From Lama guanicoe (lineage: Eukaryota), in contig MU057347.1 of assembly GCA_013239625.1 (NCBI GenBank), positions 7,206,720-7,270,719 of the forward strand: 64,000 bases of DNA. Reading direction: 5' to 3'. The notes under the pieces are model-generated. The model was not told where the DNA came from, ran no database searches, and saw nothing but the letters and a program-made list of their open reading frames with translations. This document shows, in pieces, positions 13,044-24,859 of this stretch (positions within the stretch are counted from its first letter, which is position 1; every line of letters begins with the position of its first letter). A program made the position numbers and the translations under genes.

Positions 13044-13285
13044 TGTATTAGGTTTCTATGGCTGTCGTAACAAATTACCACTTAACTTCGTGATTGAAAG
13101 CAACACACATTTATTATCTAACAGTTCTGGAGATGGGAAGTCCAAAATGGGTCTCACTGGGTGAAAATTAAGGTGCCAGCAAGGCTCCAATCCTTTCTGG
13201 AGGCTCCAGAGAAGAATCATTTCCCGGCCTCTTCTAGCATTTAGAGGCCACCTACATTCCTGGGTTCCCCATCATCAGAGCCAGA
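13044..13285 (-). mobile_element. MLT1D/C-like MaLR LTR, partial
   Basis: 'tgtattaggtttctatggctgtcgtaacaaattaccac...cagttctggag...aagtccaaaatgggtctcactggg'. Confidence 0.85.
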
Positions 13286-13609
13286 GAGTTATTTACACCT
13301 GCAGGTTCTCCAGGAGAGGGAAGTTCCCACACCCACAATACAGCGCTGTGGGGTCCACATAAGCCAGCCAGGCCCACCGCCTTCTCTTCCCACATGGAGA
13401 GGATGGGGCACAGAAGCTAAGGAAAGCAGAGGTGTCCAGGAGCAGAGAGAGGGCGGCAGTGCGGATGCCACTGAGATGCAAAGTGAGATGAAGACAGCCG
13501 ACGACCGTCGGATTTAGTGACCCAGGAATACTTCTAGGCCTTTCACCTGACCTCAGGGGGTGAGTCCAGCCTCCTGGGCAGAGGCAGCAACAGGAAAGCC
13601 CAGAGCCAC

Positions 13610-13800
13610 TGAAAGTGCTATTTATATGGCGTGTGCACGTATCCTGATGCTTCATGCCCAATCTCATCTCCCCTAAAACGGCCCTGCAGGGAGCTTATGT
13701 TATTCCCATCATATAGGCCATGAAACTGAGGCTCAGGGACATGGCTGAGCAGTCACAGAGCCAGGGTTCAAACCCAGTTGCTCAGGGCCCAAGGCTAGGT
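13610..13800 (-). mobile_element. MIR SINE
   Basis: 'attcccat...gaaactgaggctcagg...ccagggttcaaaccca'. Confidence 0.7.
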
Positions 13801-14139
13801 CAACTGCCCCAGCCAGAGTGGTGGCCCAGCAGCCCCCAGTGGGCCAGGTGGCTTGTGAATCAGCTGATTCCCACCAATCTGTGTTCTCCAAACCACCCTG
13901 GGGTTTCTTCGTTGGGTTTCTTGCTGATTGATTTATTAATGAAAAAATAGTGCTGACTCATGGTTTTAAAATGATTCCAACTGGAGAGAAAAGTAGAAAC
14001 CTTCAGATCTCTAGAGAGAACTTATGTGACCAGTCTGGGGGTTATTCTGTACGTTCTCTATGTAGTGTGTGGGGTGCATGCGTGTGTGTGTACACACATT
14101 GTAATTGCTCTGCCCACCCCTTTTATAACTCTCTTCTAT

Positions 14140-14312
14140 ACATTAGATGCTTTTAGGAACATTCTCCCATGTCATCCTTATAAGCATCCTGGGGCCTGGA
14201 CATATTACCATCCCCTCTTTACAGACGAGGAAATTGAGGCTCAGAGAGGCTAACCCACTTGCTCAGATGCACACAGCAGTAAGGGGCAGGACTGGGATTC
14301 AAACCTAGGCAA
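14140..14312 (-). mobile_element. MIR SINE
   Basis: 'tttacagacgaggaaattgaggctcagagagg...gggattcaaacctagg'. Confidence 0.8.
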
Positions 14313-15384
14313 GCTCACTTCAGAGCCAGTCTTTTTCCTGCACTCTTCCACCTACAAAGAAAGGTGACCAAGAAGAATCGTTCTATGTTCTTGAAACAAA
14401 AGGCCCAGGAGGCCCGCGGCTGGGAAGATGAAGTCATCTTCCAGCATCCAGCAGAGATTAAGCACCTGCTGCATGCCAGGCTATGTGTCCCCAGCACCTC
14501 AGGGCTCCCATGGCGACAGCCCCAACAAAGGTCATCCTGACCAGGAGTCACCTCAGGGACCTCCCCTTCAACCCAGAAGGGTGACTTGCGTGGTGGTTGT
14601 GGAGGCGGTGGGAGGGGAGGGAAACGTGTGTCAGCTCCAATGGGCACAGGTTAGAAGGAGCGGAGCTTCCCCCAAGAGGGGCAAGAGAGACAAGACCCAC
14701 GTGGTGGCTCCCCTTTCAATTATTTCTCCCTTTCAAACTCCCACGAAAGTGCTCATGGCAGATCTATCTGGGTCACGGGACCGAAATAAACATTATTTGA
14801 ATAATCTCAGGCTGACAGACTTGGAGGATGGACAGGAAAATTACCCCCTGGGAAAGGTAAACCTGAGGATGTCACTGGATGCACCCAGAGGGTGTGTCAG
14901 TCACTTCGATGCCTTCTGGAAGCATTCCCTCCTGCCCAGACCCTTGGCTCAATGCCCAGGAGAAGGAGATAGCAAGACGCAGACTCAGAGGAGCAGAACC
15001 ACAGGCCAATATGCTAGTGGCTTCATGACTGCCACCAGAAGAAGCAGGACTTGAATCCAGGCCTCTCCAGCTTCACTCCTCTCCCCCATCGTTAGAGCAG
15101 CCATGGTTGTGTGGCTCATCTCTGAGAGAGCCAGATAGCTCACTTGGGGTCTCCATGGCAACCAGTGACTCTATCTCCAGGGGCAGGACGGTTTACCTGA
15201 GCCCAGCCACACTCTCCGGCCGATCCCTTACTTGGCTGGCATCAAAGGTGAGGTTACTCTCCAGATAACAGGGCCCAGCAGTGGCAGCCAATGGTAGGGG
15301 ACAGCCTAGTGCTGCAGACCATCTAGATTGGAGCCCCAGCCCTGCCACTCACCAGCCAAAAGCCCTTATTATGTCTATTGTCAC

Positions 15385-15600
15385 TCCCTGAGCACCCGCC
15401 ATCTGCCAGGCCCTGTGTTTAGTCCATTATTTGCAGTATCTCAATTTACCCCATGAATCAATAGGTCCTATTATTTCCTCATTTTACAGATGAGGACATT
15501 GAGGCTCAAAGAGATGCAGCAACTAGTCTAAGGACACACACCCAGCAAGCAGCAAAGCGTGGACTTCAACCCAGGTCCTTCTGTCTTCCAAGCTCATGCC
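15385..15600 (-). mobile_element. MIR SINE
   Basis: 'cattttacagatgaggacattgaggctcaaagag'. Confidence 0.8.
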
Positions 15601-16052
15601 GTATATACCCACTGGATTGCAGTAATGAACCAGCACCAGACAGCAGAAAATCCAAGTTCCACTTCGAGAAACTGAACCCAGCAGGAAATCCACGTCCCTC
15701 CTGTGTCTACTCAGGCAAATGCCTAGAGGTCTCTGAGCCTCAGTCGCCTTGCTATAAAATGGGTAAGACTCATGGCTGCCAAGAGGAGCAGATAAGGGGA
15801 ACCTAAATGGATCAACCCCAATAGTCAGAGACACCCTCCCCAAATCTGTCAGTCCTGGCCAGCGAACCTCTGCCCCTTTCCCCAACCCCTCTCCCCACTT
15901 TCCGCAGTGCCCGGGCTAGAGGTTGTGCTGGGCCAGAGGCTGTGCTGACTGAGTGGACCAGGCACGGGCATTTTTCCTTCTTGCTGAGCACTGTGGATCG
16001 TGCCAAGCATTCCCTCTCCTTTTGTGTGTGTTTTTCATGACCTGCTGCCAAC

Positions 16053-16264
16053 NNNNNNNNNNNNNNNNNNNNNNNNNNNNNNNNNNNNNNNNNNNNNNNN
16101 NNNNNNNNNNNNNNNNNNNNNNNNNNNNNNNNNNNNNNNNNNNNNNNNNNNNNNNNNNNNNNNNNNNNNNNNNNNNNNNNNNNNNNNNNNNNNNNNNNNN
16201 NNNNNNNNNNNNNNNNNNNNNNNNNNNNNNNNNNNNNNNNNNNNNNNNNNNNNNNNNNNNNNNN
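16053..16264. other. N-run, 212 bp
   Basis: Run of N in unique non-repeat sequence. Confidence 1.
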
Positions 16265-16989
16265 GCTTTTCTTAAAAAAAAAAAGGAAAAAGAAGAAAGC
16301 AACATTCCACAAATTAAAATTCAGCCTCTTTTTTATAATAACGTAGACTGATGGTCCAGTGGCTGGAGAGGACAGGAAGAAGCTGGAAGACAGAGGGGTG
16401 CCCCAGCTAACTGAGGGTATGAAATCTCTGGGATGGAGAAAGAAAATGGAAAAATGGAGAGGGACTGACACTGAATGGCAGTATCGTGCTGGGAGCTGTC
16501 TCGTTTATAATCTCAATTATATCCTGACACCAACCATGGAAAGTATAATTAGCCCCACTTTACTGATGAATAAACTGAGGCAATAAGGGAAGTAATTTGC
16601 TCAAAATCTCTCTCACACACACACACACAGAGCCAGAGACTTCTAGCAGAGCCTTCCCTGCGTGATCTTCCTACTATTCCACCCAGCCACCCAGCTTTGC
16701 TTCAGAAGGGTTTTCTAGAGCTCTCTGTGGGGCGCCCCCTTCTCTGATTCAGTCCCTTCCTGGTGGTGAGCATCACAGCTGCCTCCCGTGGCCACACGTG
16801 CTCTGCCCCAGGGTCCTTTCTGCAAAGTCCCCATCAGCTTGGTGGTCCTGCCTGAACTGCCCTGGCCCTGGCTGTCACCAGCACCCCTTCACACCACGCT
16901 GGGGCGGGCTGGGGTAGGAGCACAGCCCAGGGCCAGCGGGTACACCTTCCAAGGGAAGGGCCAAGGGAGAAACGGCCAAAGTCATCATT

Positions 16990-17198
16990 CTGGTCAAAGT
17001 GGAAAGTCTGGTCCCCAGACTTGCGGTGTCAGTGTCACCTGGGACCTGTTAGAAATGCAAATTCTCAGCTCTCTTCTCCCCTACCCTCTTCTCGCCCCAC
17101 CAAGACCTACATTAGAATTTCTGAGGGTAGAGCCCTGTAATCTCTGTTTAAATAAGCTCTCTAGGTGACTCTGACGCCATTAAGGTTGAGATCCACTG
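16990..17198 (+). mobile_element. MER5A MITE
   Basis: 'tcacctgggacctgttagaaatgcaaattctc...aggtgactctga...ttgagatccactg'. Confidence 0.85.
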
Positions 17199-17779
17199 AT
17201 CTGAAGCCATCAGGGAGCCTTTCTGTCCCCTGACATGTACACTTATCCCTCCCCAGCTAGACCCCAGAGCTTTGGCACCTCACCTGCCCTGTGCCATTGA
17301 CCCCAGCCTAGTCTCTGCCTGAGCCTTGGGGGAGTAAACCCTAGGAGGACTACTGGCCTAAGGCTGGGCTGTTAGTTACAGGAAAGAGTGGGACTGTGGA
17401 ATTAACATCTCCAAGTTCTAAGAAAGACCAAACCCAGTGACCTTCCTGGAAAGAGCCACCATGTTTCTTCTCAGCGAAACCAACTCAGCCACTGACCTCA
17501 GAAGTCAAGGAAAGGGAGTTATCTCCAGCGAGGTTTTCAGATGCCAGAACATTTCCATTTTAACTCCCCATTCAACTGCCCCACCAATAGCCATTTACCA
17601 AAAGCTGCCAGTGGGCCAAGCCCTGGGGTGGATTTGAAGAGAATTCAGACCAGAGCTCCCAGTCAGATAGGGGCAACAGTCAGGCACACAGACAATGCCC
17701 ACTGCAGGCTAGTGAGGTGCCCGCAGATGGTGTCTAGGGGCCCATCCACTCATGTGAATGGTTTGCCCTTGTCCTGATG

Positions 17780-17960
17780 GACAGGTAGTGGATGCAGTGG
17801 ATAGAGCAGGGATCTGAGAGTTAAACGGAGCTGAGTTTCAAGCCTTACTCAGCCACACTTGGGCCACGAGATCTTGGGTAAGTGGCGTTTCCTTGTTAAG
17901 CCTGTTTCCCCATCTGCAAATGTCCTCGCCACAGAGCTGGTGCCAGATTAATCTGACTGA
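17780..17960 (+). mobile_element. MIR SINE
   Basis: 'gcagtggatagagcagggatctg...cttgggtaagt...tttccccatctgcaaa'. Confidence 0.65.
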
Positions 17961-18384
17961 ATTTACAAAGGAATGGAATCTATGAAGGCAGAAGGTTTAC
18001 CATCCTTCCTCCTCACTGCAGGGCCCGGAACAACTGCCAGATGGATGGAGGCAACCAAATACGGCCCAGGGAGTTGACCTCTTCTGCTCAGAACAAACTG
18101 GAACTCTGTGGCCTGGGTGTGGACTGAGAGCCTCAGGTGAGGAGAGGCTCCTAGACCACGTGGCCCTGACTCTGGGCCCTGAGTCTCTCGCCCTCCTTAG
18201 AGATTTCACTACGATTCCTGACCCCGCCACCAAGCAGGTTCCCAGACTCCTCTGTCACTCCAGGCTAGGAGTGGCCAGACCCCTTCCCCCCACTCCCCCA
18301 GCATACTTAGGAATTCTAAGGCTTTCCTAAATACCAAGGGGAGACACCACAAGAGAATGAGAAAACAAGAAAAGGAAGCCTGGA

Positions 18385-18592
18385 GCACTGCTCAACTACC
18401 TACCAGCTGTGTGACCTTGAGTCATTTAATGAACTTCTCTGAACCTCAGTTTCCTCCATCCATCAAATGGAAATAATAATAATGTGCCCAACTCTGGAGT
18501 TGCTATGAGGATTAAAGAAGTTCATATTTGTCATGTACTTAGAATAGTGGCCAGCACCCAGTAAATGCTACAGATGTGTTTGTTCAATAAAT
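18385..18592 (+). mobile_element. MIR SINE
   Basis: 'ccagctgtgtgaccttga...ctctgaacctcagtttcctc...atgaggattaaa'. Confidence 0.85.
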
Positions 18593-18869
18593 TAAGGAAG
18601 GCATGAATCCAGTCCGGCTCCCAGCCCTGAAACAGTGGAGATTACAAGTTACCAGAACTTGAAGACCCCTCCCCAGCCCTTCCCCATGTCAGACCCTAAG
18701 AATTGGCGGTCCTTGGCTGGAGGCATCTCCCATCACCTGTCCAGGCAGAGCCGGTCATTCACATGGGCCTGGGCAACATCCCTGTGGGAGGCAAGTGAGC
18801 AGCAGTCCCCACCTGGGCCCCCGAGGCCACTTCGGGAGGGCTGGAATTCACAGTTCAGAGAGTGGGCAG

Positions 18870-19055
18870 ATTCTGTTGGACAATCTCCTGTGTGATGGCT
18901 TCCTCTCTTCAATTACTACTAAAATTCATCAAATGGAACTGAGAGGTTTTAATGCCGGTAATTGTGGTACAAAACGCTCGGTAATTGGTCTCTCAAATGA
19001 AAGAGGGGAGAACGCCATTGGAAATGAAGCTGGCTTGGCCTTGAATAGTTCAGGA
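18870..19055. promoter_or_regulatory. Candidate homeodomain-driven enhancer / CNE
   Basis: CGGTAATTG twice (18956, 18979) plus CAATTAC (18910); retained CpGs; no repeat similarity seen. Confidence 0.5.
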
Positions 19056-19444
19056 GTGAAGGCTCAGACACGCTACCCAGAGCCAGCTGGTCTGCCCTAC
19101 CCCTATGCCTAAGACACCCACCCCCAACCATTGGACTCCCCTGGTGGGGGCCTCTCTCCCCGTGCCTGGCCTGGGCTGCAGGGACAGCAGTGGGCGGTGG
19201 GGGAGGTATGCTGACACGCTCCTGCAGATCCGTTTCCACCCTGGTCATCCTTGAAACCTCAGGCCTTATCTATGGAGTGGAAACGTCCTTACCTTCCTCA
19301 CACAGAGTTAGCAAGCCCTGCCTTCTGTTACAGCCCGTCTATGATAGCCCAGATGCTATAACCAATAGCAATAGTTATTCTAGTAAAGAAGGAGAGACTT
19401 TTAGTTCAAGAGCTGACAGTGGAATTCCTATGGATAGTTTCTCT

Positions 19445-19615
19445 ACCCATGGGACAAACAGGGCTGCCAGCAATGCCTCCCATCCCTATACACACCTGCA
19501 GCTCCTCCCAACGAGAAGGACAACCACTTGCCTCCCCTTGAACCTGGACTGGTCCTGGGACTTGTCCCCATCAACAGAATGCGACGGAAGTGACAATGTG
19601 CCAGTTCTAGGCTAG
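19445..19615 (+). mobile_element. MLT1 LTR 5' fragment
   Basis: 'ccccttgaacctggactggtcc...aacagaatgcgacggaagtgacaatgtgccagttctagg'. Confidence 0.7.
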
Positions 19616-19959
19616 AAAACTGATACCAAGCACTTACTAGGTGTCAGCACTCTCGGTGCCTAGACGGGCTCAGCTAAACCTTACCACAGCCCCATTTCAC
19701 AGGTGGGCAAACAAAGGCTTGGAGACGTTGCCTGTCTGAGGTCACCCAGTTGGCAAAAGGCAGAGGCTGAATTTGAACCCGGGATGTCTGGCTCCCAGGC
19801 TTCACTTCACTCCTCTGGGATTTCCGCTGTGTGTGAGATGCTAAGCCTTTCTTATTTAATATCAGAATTAATCCACAGGCCAGAGGAGCAGAGCGACACA
19901 GGCAGTTAAACCTGATCACACTCACGCTGACGGGGGTCCTTCCTAGTGGCCCAACACAT

Positions 19960-20135
19960 GCCCTCAGGTCACATTGTCTTATTTAATTCTCACAACAACC
20001 CTAGGGGGTAACTTTTTATTATTCTCTTCATTTTACAGATTAGGAAATTAAGACCTAGAGAAGTTAATCAATTTGCCCCAAATCACCCAGCTGGTAAGTA
20101 GTCGGGTCAGGGTGAACCTAGGACTTGAGTTCCTG
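19960..20135 (-). mobile_element. MIR SINE
   Basis: 'atttaattctcacaacaaccct...cattttacagattaggaaatt...ttgcccaa'. Confidence 0.8.
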
Positions 20136-20599
20136 AGACCAGTCCTTTAATGTACATTTGAATCACCCAGGGGTCTTGTTTAAATCTAGGCTCTAATTCA
20201 GGAGATCTGGGGTGAGATCTGAGAGTCTGCATTTTATTACTGTTATTGTTATTGTTAGTTCTGTTGCTGCTGTTGTATTATATCACCTGAGATCCCTCAA
20301 GACAAGGACGCACAGTCCCCCGGGGCCTCATATGTCAGCAGGGAGCCTGGAGGGTTCTTAATGACTTGATGGGAGGAAGGAGGGAAGAGAAAATGAAGGA
20401 CAAAGAGCGAGGTGAGAAGTGGAGGCTGCCTACCTGGTGCCACACCTGCATCTTCACATTTCTAGTAACTTCACTACCACCAATAAGACTCGCATGTCCA
20501 GTGTTCTCACTGTTAGAGCCCCAGGCAGGAGTCTCAAAGTGATGAGGTGACTGGCCACAGGACACTCAGCCAGGGCACCCATCCAACCCACGTCCTGCC

Positions 20600-20950
20600 C
20601 TCCTGCCCTGCTGCCCCGTGGAGGAGCCGGGGTTTGCAGATTCTCATCCCTCCCTGAGTCCGGGGCCAAGCTGGGAGCCCGGGAAGGGGCGCGCCAGGAA
20701 GTGCGTGGTTTTCGCCCCCGTGTCCTGCCAGGGACCACAGTCCTCCTTTCCCTGGGCTCCGAGGTCCCGACTTCTCCTCTCCACGTGGGGCAACCCAGGT
20801 GGTCTACGGCTGAGGAGGCTGAGCCAGCAGAGGGGGCCACAAGAGGCGGGGGGCTGTGTCACCACAGGCTGAGAACACACAAACACACAGGCACACGCTT
20901 TCCCATGGGAACCCGGCCCAGCCCCCGCCCAACCTACCAGCCAGGACCAC
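20600..20950. promoter_or_regulatory. Small CpG-rich patch with promoter/enhancer motifs
   Basis: GGCGCGCC, ETS CCAGGAAGTG (20694), E-box CCACGTGG (20781), GC boxes (20843, 20923). Confidence 0.4.
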
Positions 20951-21478
20951 CCCCGTGCCAACTTTCTCAGGAAACCTGGATGGACTGAGGACTCAGGAAC
21001 TGGCCTGAGAGACAATCAAGTGGCATCGACAGGGGGAAGACAGGAACCACAGCCGGTGTTTTGTGGACAGAATAGGAGGCTCTTGCTGACCCAAGCAGAC
21101 CAAGTACCTCCTGTTCCTCCAGAGGAGCCAGGGGAAAGGAGCCGGCAGGAATCAACGTGAGAGACAGGGCTGATGGCTGAAGTCAGAGACAGCAGAAGAC
21201 AGAGAGCCCCAGACAGGGAGAGACACCAGAAGGGAAGGGACACAGATGCTGAGCGAGACTTCATGGAGAAGAGAGGTCAGGATGGGGAGTTACAGGCACA
21301 GGAGGGTGGGGGGCTCATCAGGTGGGAGAACCAGTTCTGGCAAAGCCCCCAGCTCGGCAGGTGCAGAAGTCCTGGCCTTCCCACCCCAGGGTAATCAATA
21401 CCTTCTGAGGATTCAAGCCAAACCAGCCAAAGGCTGACAGATTAGTCACATGTCAATTAAGTGATAATATTTATAGAA

Positions 21479-22002
21479 ACTTGTCCATCAACAGATGAAT
21501 GGATAAAGAAGATGTGATATATACTACACTAGAATATTACTCAGCCACAAAAAAGAATGAAATAATGCCATCTGCAGCAACACGGATAGACCTAGACATG
21601 ATCATTCTAAGCGAAGTAAGTCAGACAGAGAAAGACAAATATCATAGGATATCACTTATATGTGGAATTTGCCCCCAAGAATACAAATTTTATTTACAAA
21701 CCAGAAATAGACTCATGGACATAGAAAACAAACTATGGTTACCAAATGGGAAAGGGAGGGGGAGGGATAAATTAAGAGTTTAGGATTAACAGATACACAT
21801 TACTATAGATAAAATAAATAAAAACAAGGGCCTACTGTATAGCACAGGGAACTATATTCAATTTCTTGTAATAAGCTATAATGGAAAAGAATCTGAAAAT
21901 ATATATATACATGTATGTGTATGTATAACTGAATCGCTTGTTATACACCCGAAACTAACATTGTATATCAACTATACTTCAATTAAAATAAAATTTTAAA
22001 AA
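21479..22002 (+). mobile_element. 5'-truncated artiodactyl-type L1 (ORF2 C-terminus, 3'UTR, A-tail)
   Basis: ORF 21499-21783 'MDKEDV..EYYSATKKNEIMP' is an L1 ORF2 tail; TSD AATATTTATAGAA (21466-21478)/AATACTTGTAGAA (22003-22015). Confidence 0.95.
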
Positions 22003-22939
22003 AATACTTGTAGAACCTGGGACACAGTACATATTAAGTTCCTACTAATACCTACTGAGTACCTTCTAAGCCTTAGTGCAGGTAAGCCATGGCTCTCATT
22101 ATTGCCCTCATTTTTAGGAAGTGGTAGGTGGCTGCACCTCAGGGCAAGATGAGGTACCCCGAGAAGCCAGCCCAGGACAAGAGCCGGTGGGAGCAGAGGT
22201 GGTCAGCTCTGAAGGGAGGGGGTCCAGTGGTCCCTGGAACTCCAAGGATGTCCTCCCTCTTCCCTCCTCCCTCCAGGAGCCCCACCCATCCCCTTCCTCT
22301 GCCTGGTCTGCACTGCCTGGGCCTGGGAATCTGGCCGGAGGTGGAGTCTGGGGGCACTTCCTCAGAAAATGAGTCCCCACGGAAAATGAAGCACAGCGTG
22401 GACTGTTGGCTTCACGGGCCGCAGAGGCTTTTTCTCCTCTGCCACTTAAAACACTTCATAATCAAGGGCACGCTGAATGATTCCCCAGATGTCAGCTCAG
22501 ATCAGCTCTTTCTTGTCAAGTAGGCAGAAAAATTTCTCTATTGAGCCCATTTCTTCTCTTTTTCTCTGCGACATCCCAATCATCCCATCTTGGTGAGCGT
22601 GCCGGGGGCTGCGTGCCGGGGGCTTCGTGCCTTTTTGGAAACCCACATGAGGGTCTGGACACAGGTCACGGGCTGGGCACCCACCAATGACCCTGCAAGA
22701 GAATCCAGGGAAAACAGGCCCCCAGGGGCATGCTCCTCTCACACCTCCTTCAGCTGGGGCCTGCCTGCTGCCCACCCCCCAAGCCCCACCCACAATGGCG
22801 TGAGACTTGGCATTCATTTCACAATGAGCTGCCCACCTAGTCAGAGCCGGGTCAAGGTCACAGAGTCAAGGAGATTTGAAATGGTTAAGTGCCCTTCACC
22901 AAGGATAAGGACAATGTTGGTGTCTACACATCCTCCCCG

Positions 22940-23225
22940 TATCACCCCCATCCCCACACCCATCACCACCATCACCACCCCCATCATCATCATTTATCAC
23001 TTGCTATGTGCCAGGAACTATGTTATGCCATTTATATTCATTAGCTCAAGTCTTCTCATCCACACAACTACCCTATGAATTAGGAACTATTATTATCCCT
23101 ATTGGACAGATGAGAAACAGAGGCACAGAGAGGTTAAGTCACTTGCCCATAGTCACACAGCAGTCTCGTAGTAGAACCAGGATTTGAACACAGGCATTCT
23201 GTTCCCAGAGCTCTCCTATTTGACC
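22940..23225 (-). mobile_element. Near full-length MIR with a (CCATCA)-like low-complexity tail
   Basis: 'cagatgagaaacagaggcacagagaggttaagtcacttgccca...ccaggatttgaac'. Confidence 0.9.
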
Positions 23226-24751
23226 ACATTACCATAATTACACTCCTTTACGTGCACACAGCCCTTTACAGTTTACTCCTCAAAGTCAACATCGTGACCC
23301 CATGAGGTAGATGTGGGGTAACTCTCTCTCTACAGAAGGGCAATTTGAGATGCAAGGATCTAAGACTGTCAGAACTGGGACTCTTAACATCAGCCAGTAG
23401 TTCCCAGAGCCAGAGCTCATGCCTGGGGGGTTTTCCTGTCCCATATCCTGGGATGGATCTTGTGTCAAGTCTAGAAAGGTCTCCAGTCTTCAAAGATGCA
23501 GATGGCAGCCACAGAGAGCCCAGCCCATCCTAACCTTTTAATACCAAGCCTGCCCAAGCACCCACCACCCAGGACTTTGATTTTTCACCAATTTGAGCCC
23601 CAGCTGGCACCCAGCAAGCTGCATCCTTGGTCTCCTGGAGCAGGTTCTGCTTGATTCGGCATTCAGCAGGTTGGGAGCAGAGCTGTGAGGACACTGCTCT
23701 CCTGGTGGCCTGTCCCCACCAAAGTACGTGAGGAGTTTGCAGGGCTATTAGGAGGAGGACGGGCATAGCTGGAGGGGGGAGCGAGTACAGACGGGTGCAA
23801 CTCTACTGACCTTCCCAAGAAGGACCTCTTTTGCAACATAGCAAAGTCTCCAAATATAAGTGCAGGAGGGATGGCAGTGACTTCAGTGTGGCCTGGACCC
23901 AGGGTCCCCAACCTGGGAGGACAGGAGCCAGGGAAGCAGCAGGGCAGCAGGAGGGCAGGATGCAGCTGAGGGTCCCAGAGCCTGCGGGGGAATTTGACAG
24001 TGGTGCAGACTCCTGAATGTCGGGTGGTTTGGAGCCAAGTTCCCCCTGCCCCTCAGTGCCCGCCACTGACAGCAGCAGCAGAGACATCTGGGGAGACCCA
24101 GCCCCCTGAAGGCCCGCAGGGAAACATATACTAGGGAAATGGGGGAGGAGGGGAGGTGGTGTCCCCTCTGGTGACAGCTGGACCCACTGCAGCCTTCCAC
24201 CAAGGTGTCCATAGTTCAAAAGAGTTTGGCTAACAACATCCTAAATATTTTAGGTAATCATTCATTTCCAGGTTTGACTAGTCATAACCATCCAGAATTC
24301 TCTGGCCAGCAGGATGACCTCACCAAATTGGTATAATTTCCGTCCAAGGCAAAGCTCAGTGTTTTAGGTAACTTGGGTGGCCTGACGGCAGCTTGTTGAA
24401 ATATTAAATATAGTTTGAGAACACTTCCTGGCCGGTCTGTGACTGGATCTGCCTTGTTCAGGGCTATTTCTCCAGGGAACCTGGCCCATGCAGGGCCTCT
24501 ATAAATATTTGTGGAGTGAATGAATGAATGAATAAGCCCCATGAAGATCTTCACAGTTGTCTCAGGATCTGGAGACTCCAGATTCTTTAGTCTTGCCAAG
24601 ATGAACTCTTCCTTACACACTGAAGGGCATCCCTGCTTCTTGCCCAGGAGTTCTCAGTAAAATCTGCCATGAGTTGCAGCATCATGAACTCTGCCACCGC
24701 CACAGAGAAGCACACAGTACACACACATGATATGGCTGGGTGCACTTGTGT

Positions 24752-24754
<3 letters not shown>

Positions 24755-24789
<35 letters not shown>

Positions 24790-24814
24790 TGCGCACACAC
24801 ACACACATACATAC
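24755..24814 (+). repeat. Compound (AC)n microsatellite
   Basis: (AC)16 then gcatgcgc, (AC)n, atac; 60 bp of unbroken purine/pyrimidine alternation. Confidence 0.98.
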
Positions 24815-24859
24815 CAGGAACAGCGCCGAGGGCTATGGGAGCAATAGCGGCAGAGTCAT

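Noticed and set aside
14428-15054. 208-aa ORF, the longest not spanning Ns
   Set aside because: No recognisable homology; composition typical of GC-rich non-coding DNA; several overlapping ORFs of similar quality.
16725-16750. CTCF-like GGCGCCCCCT half motif (also near 27084)
   Set aside because: Only half of the core matches; too weak without ChIP or conservation data.
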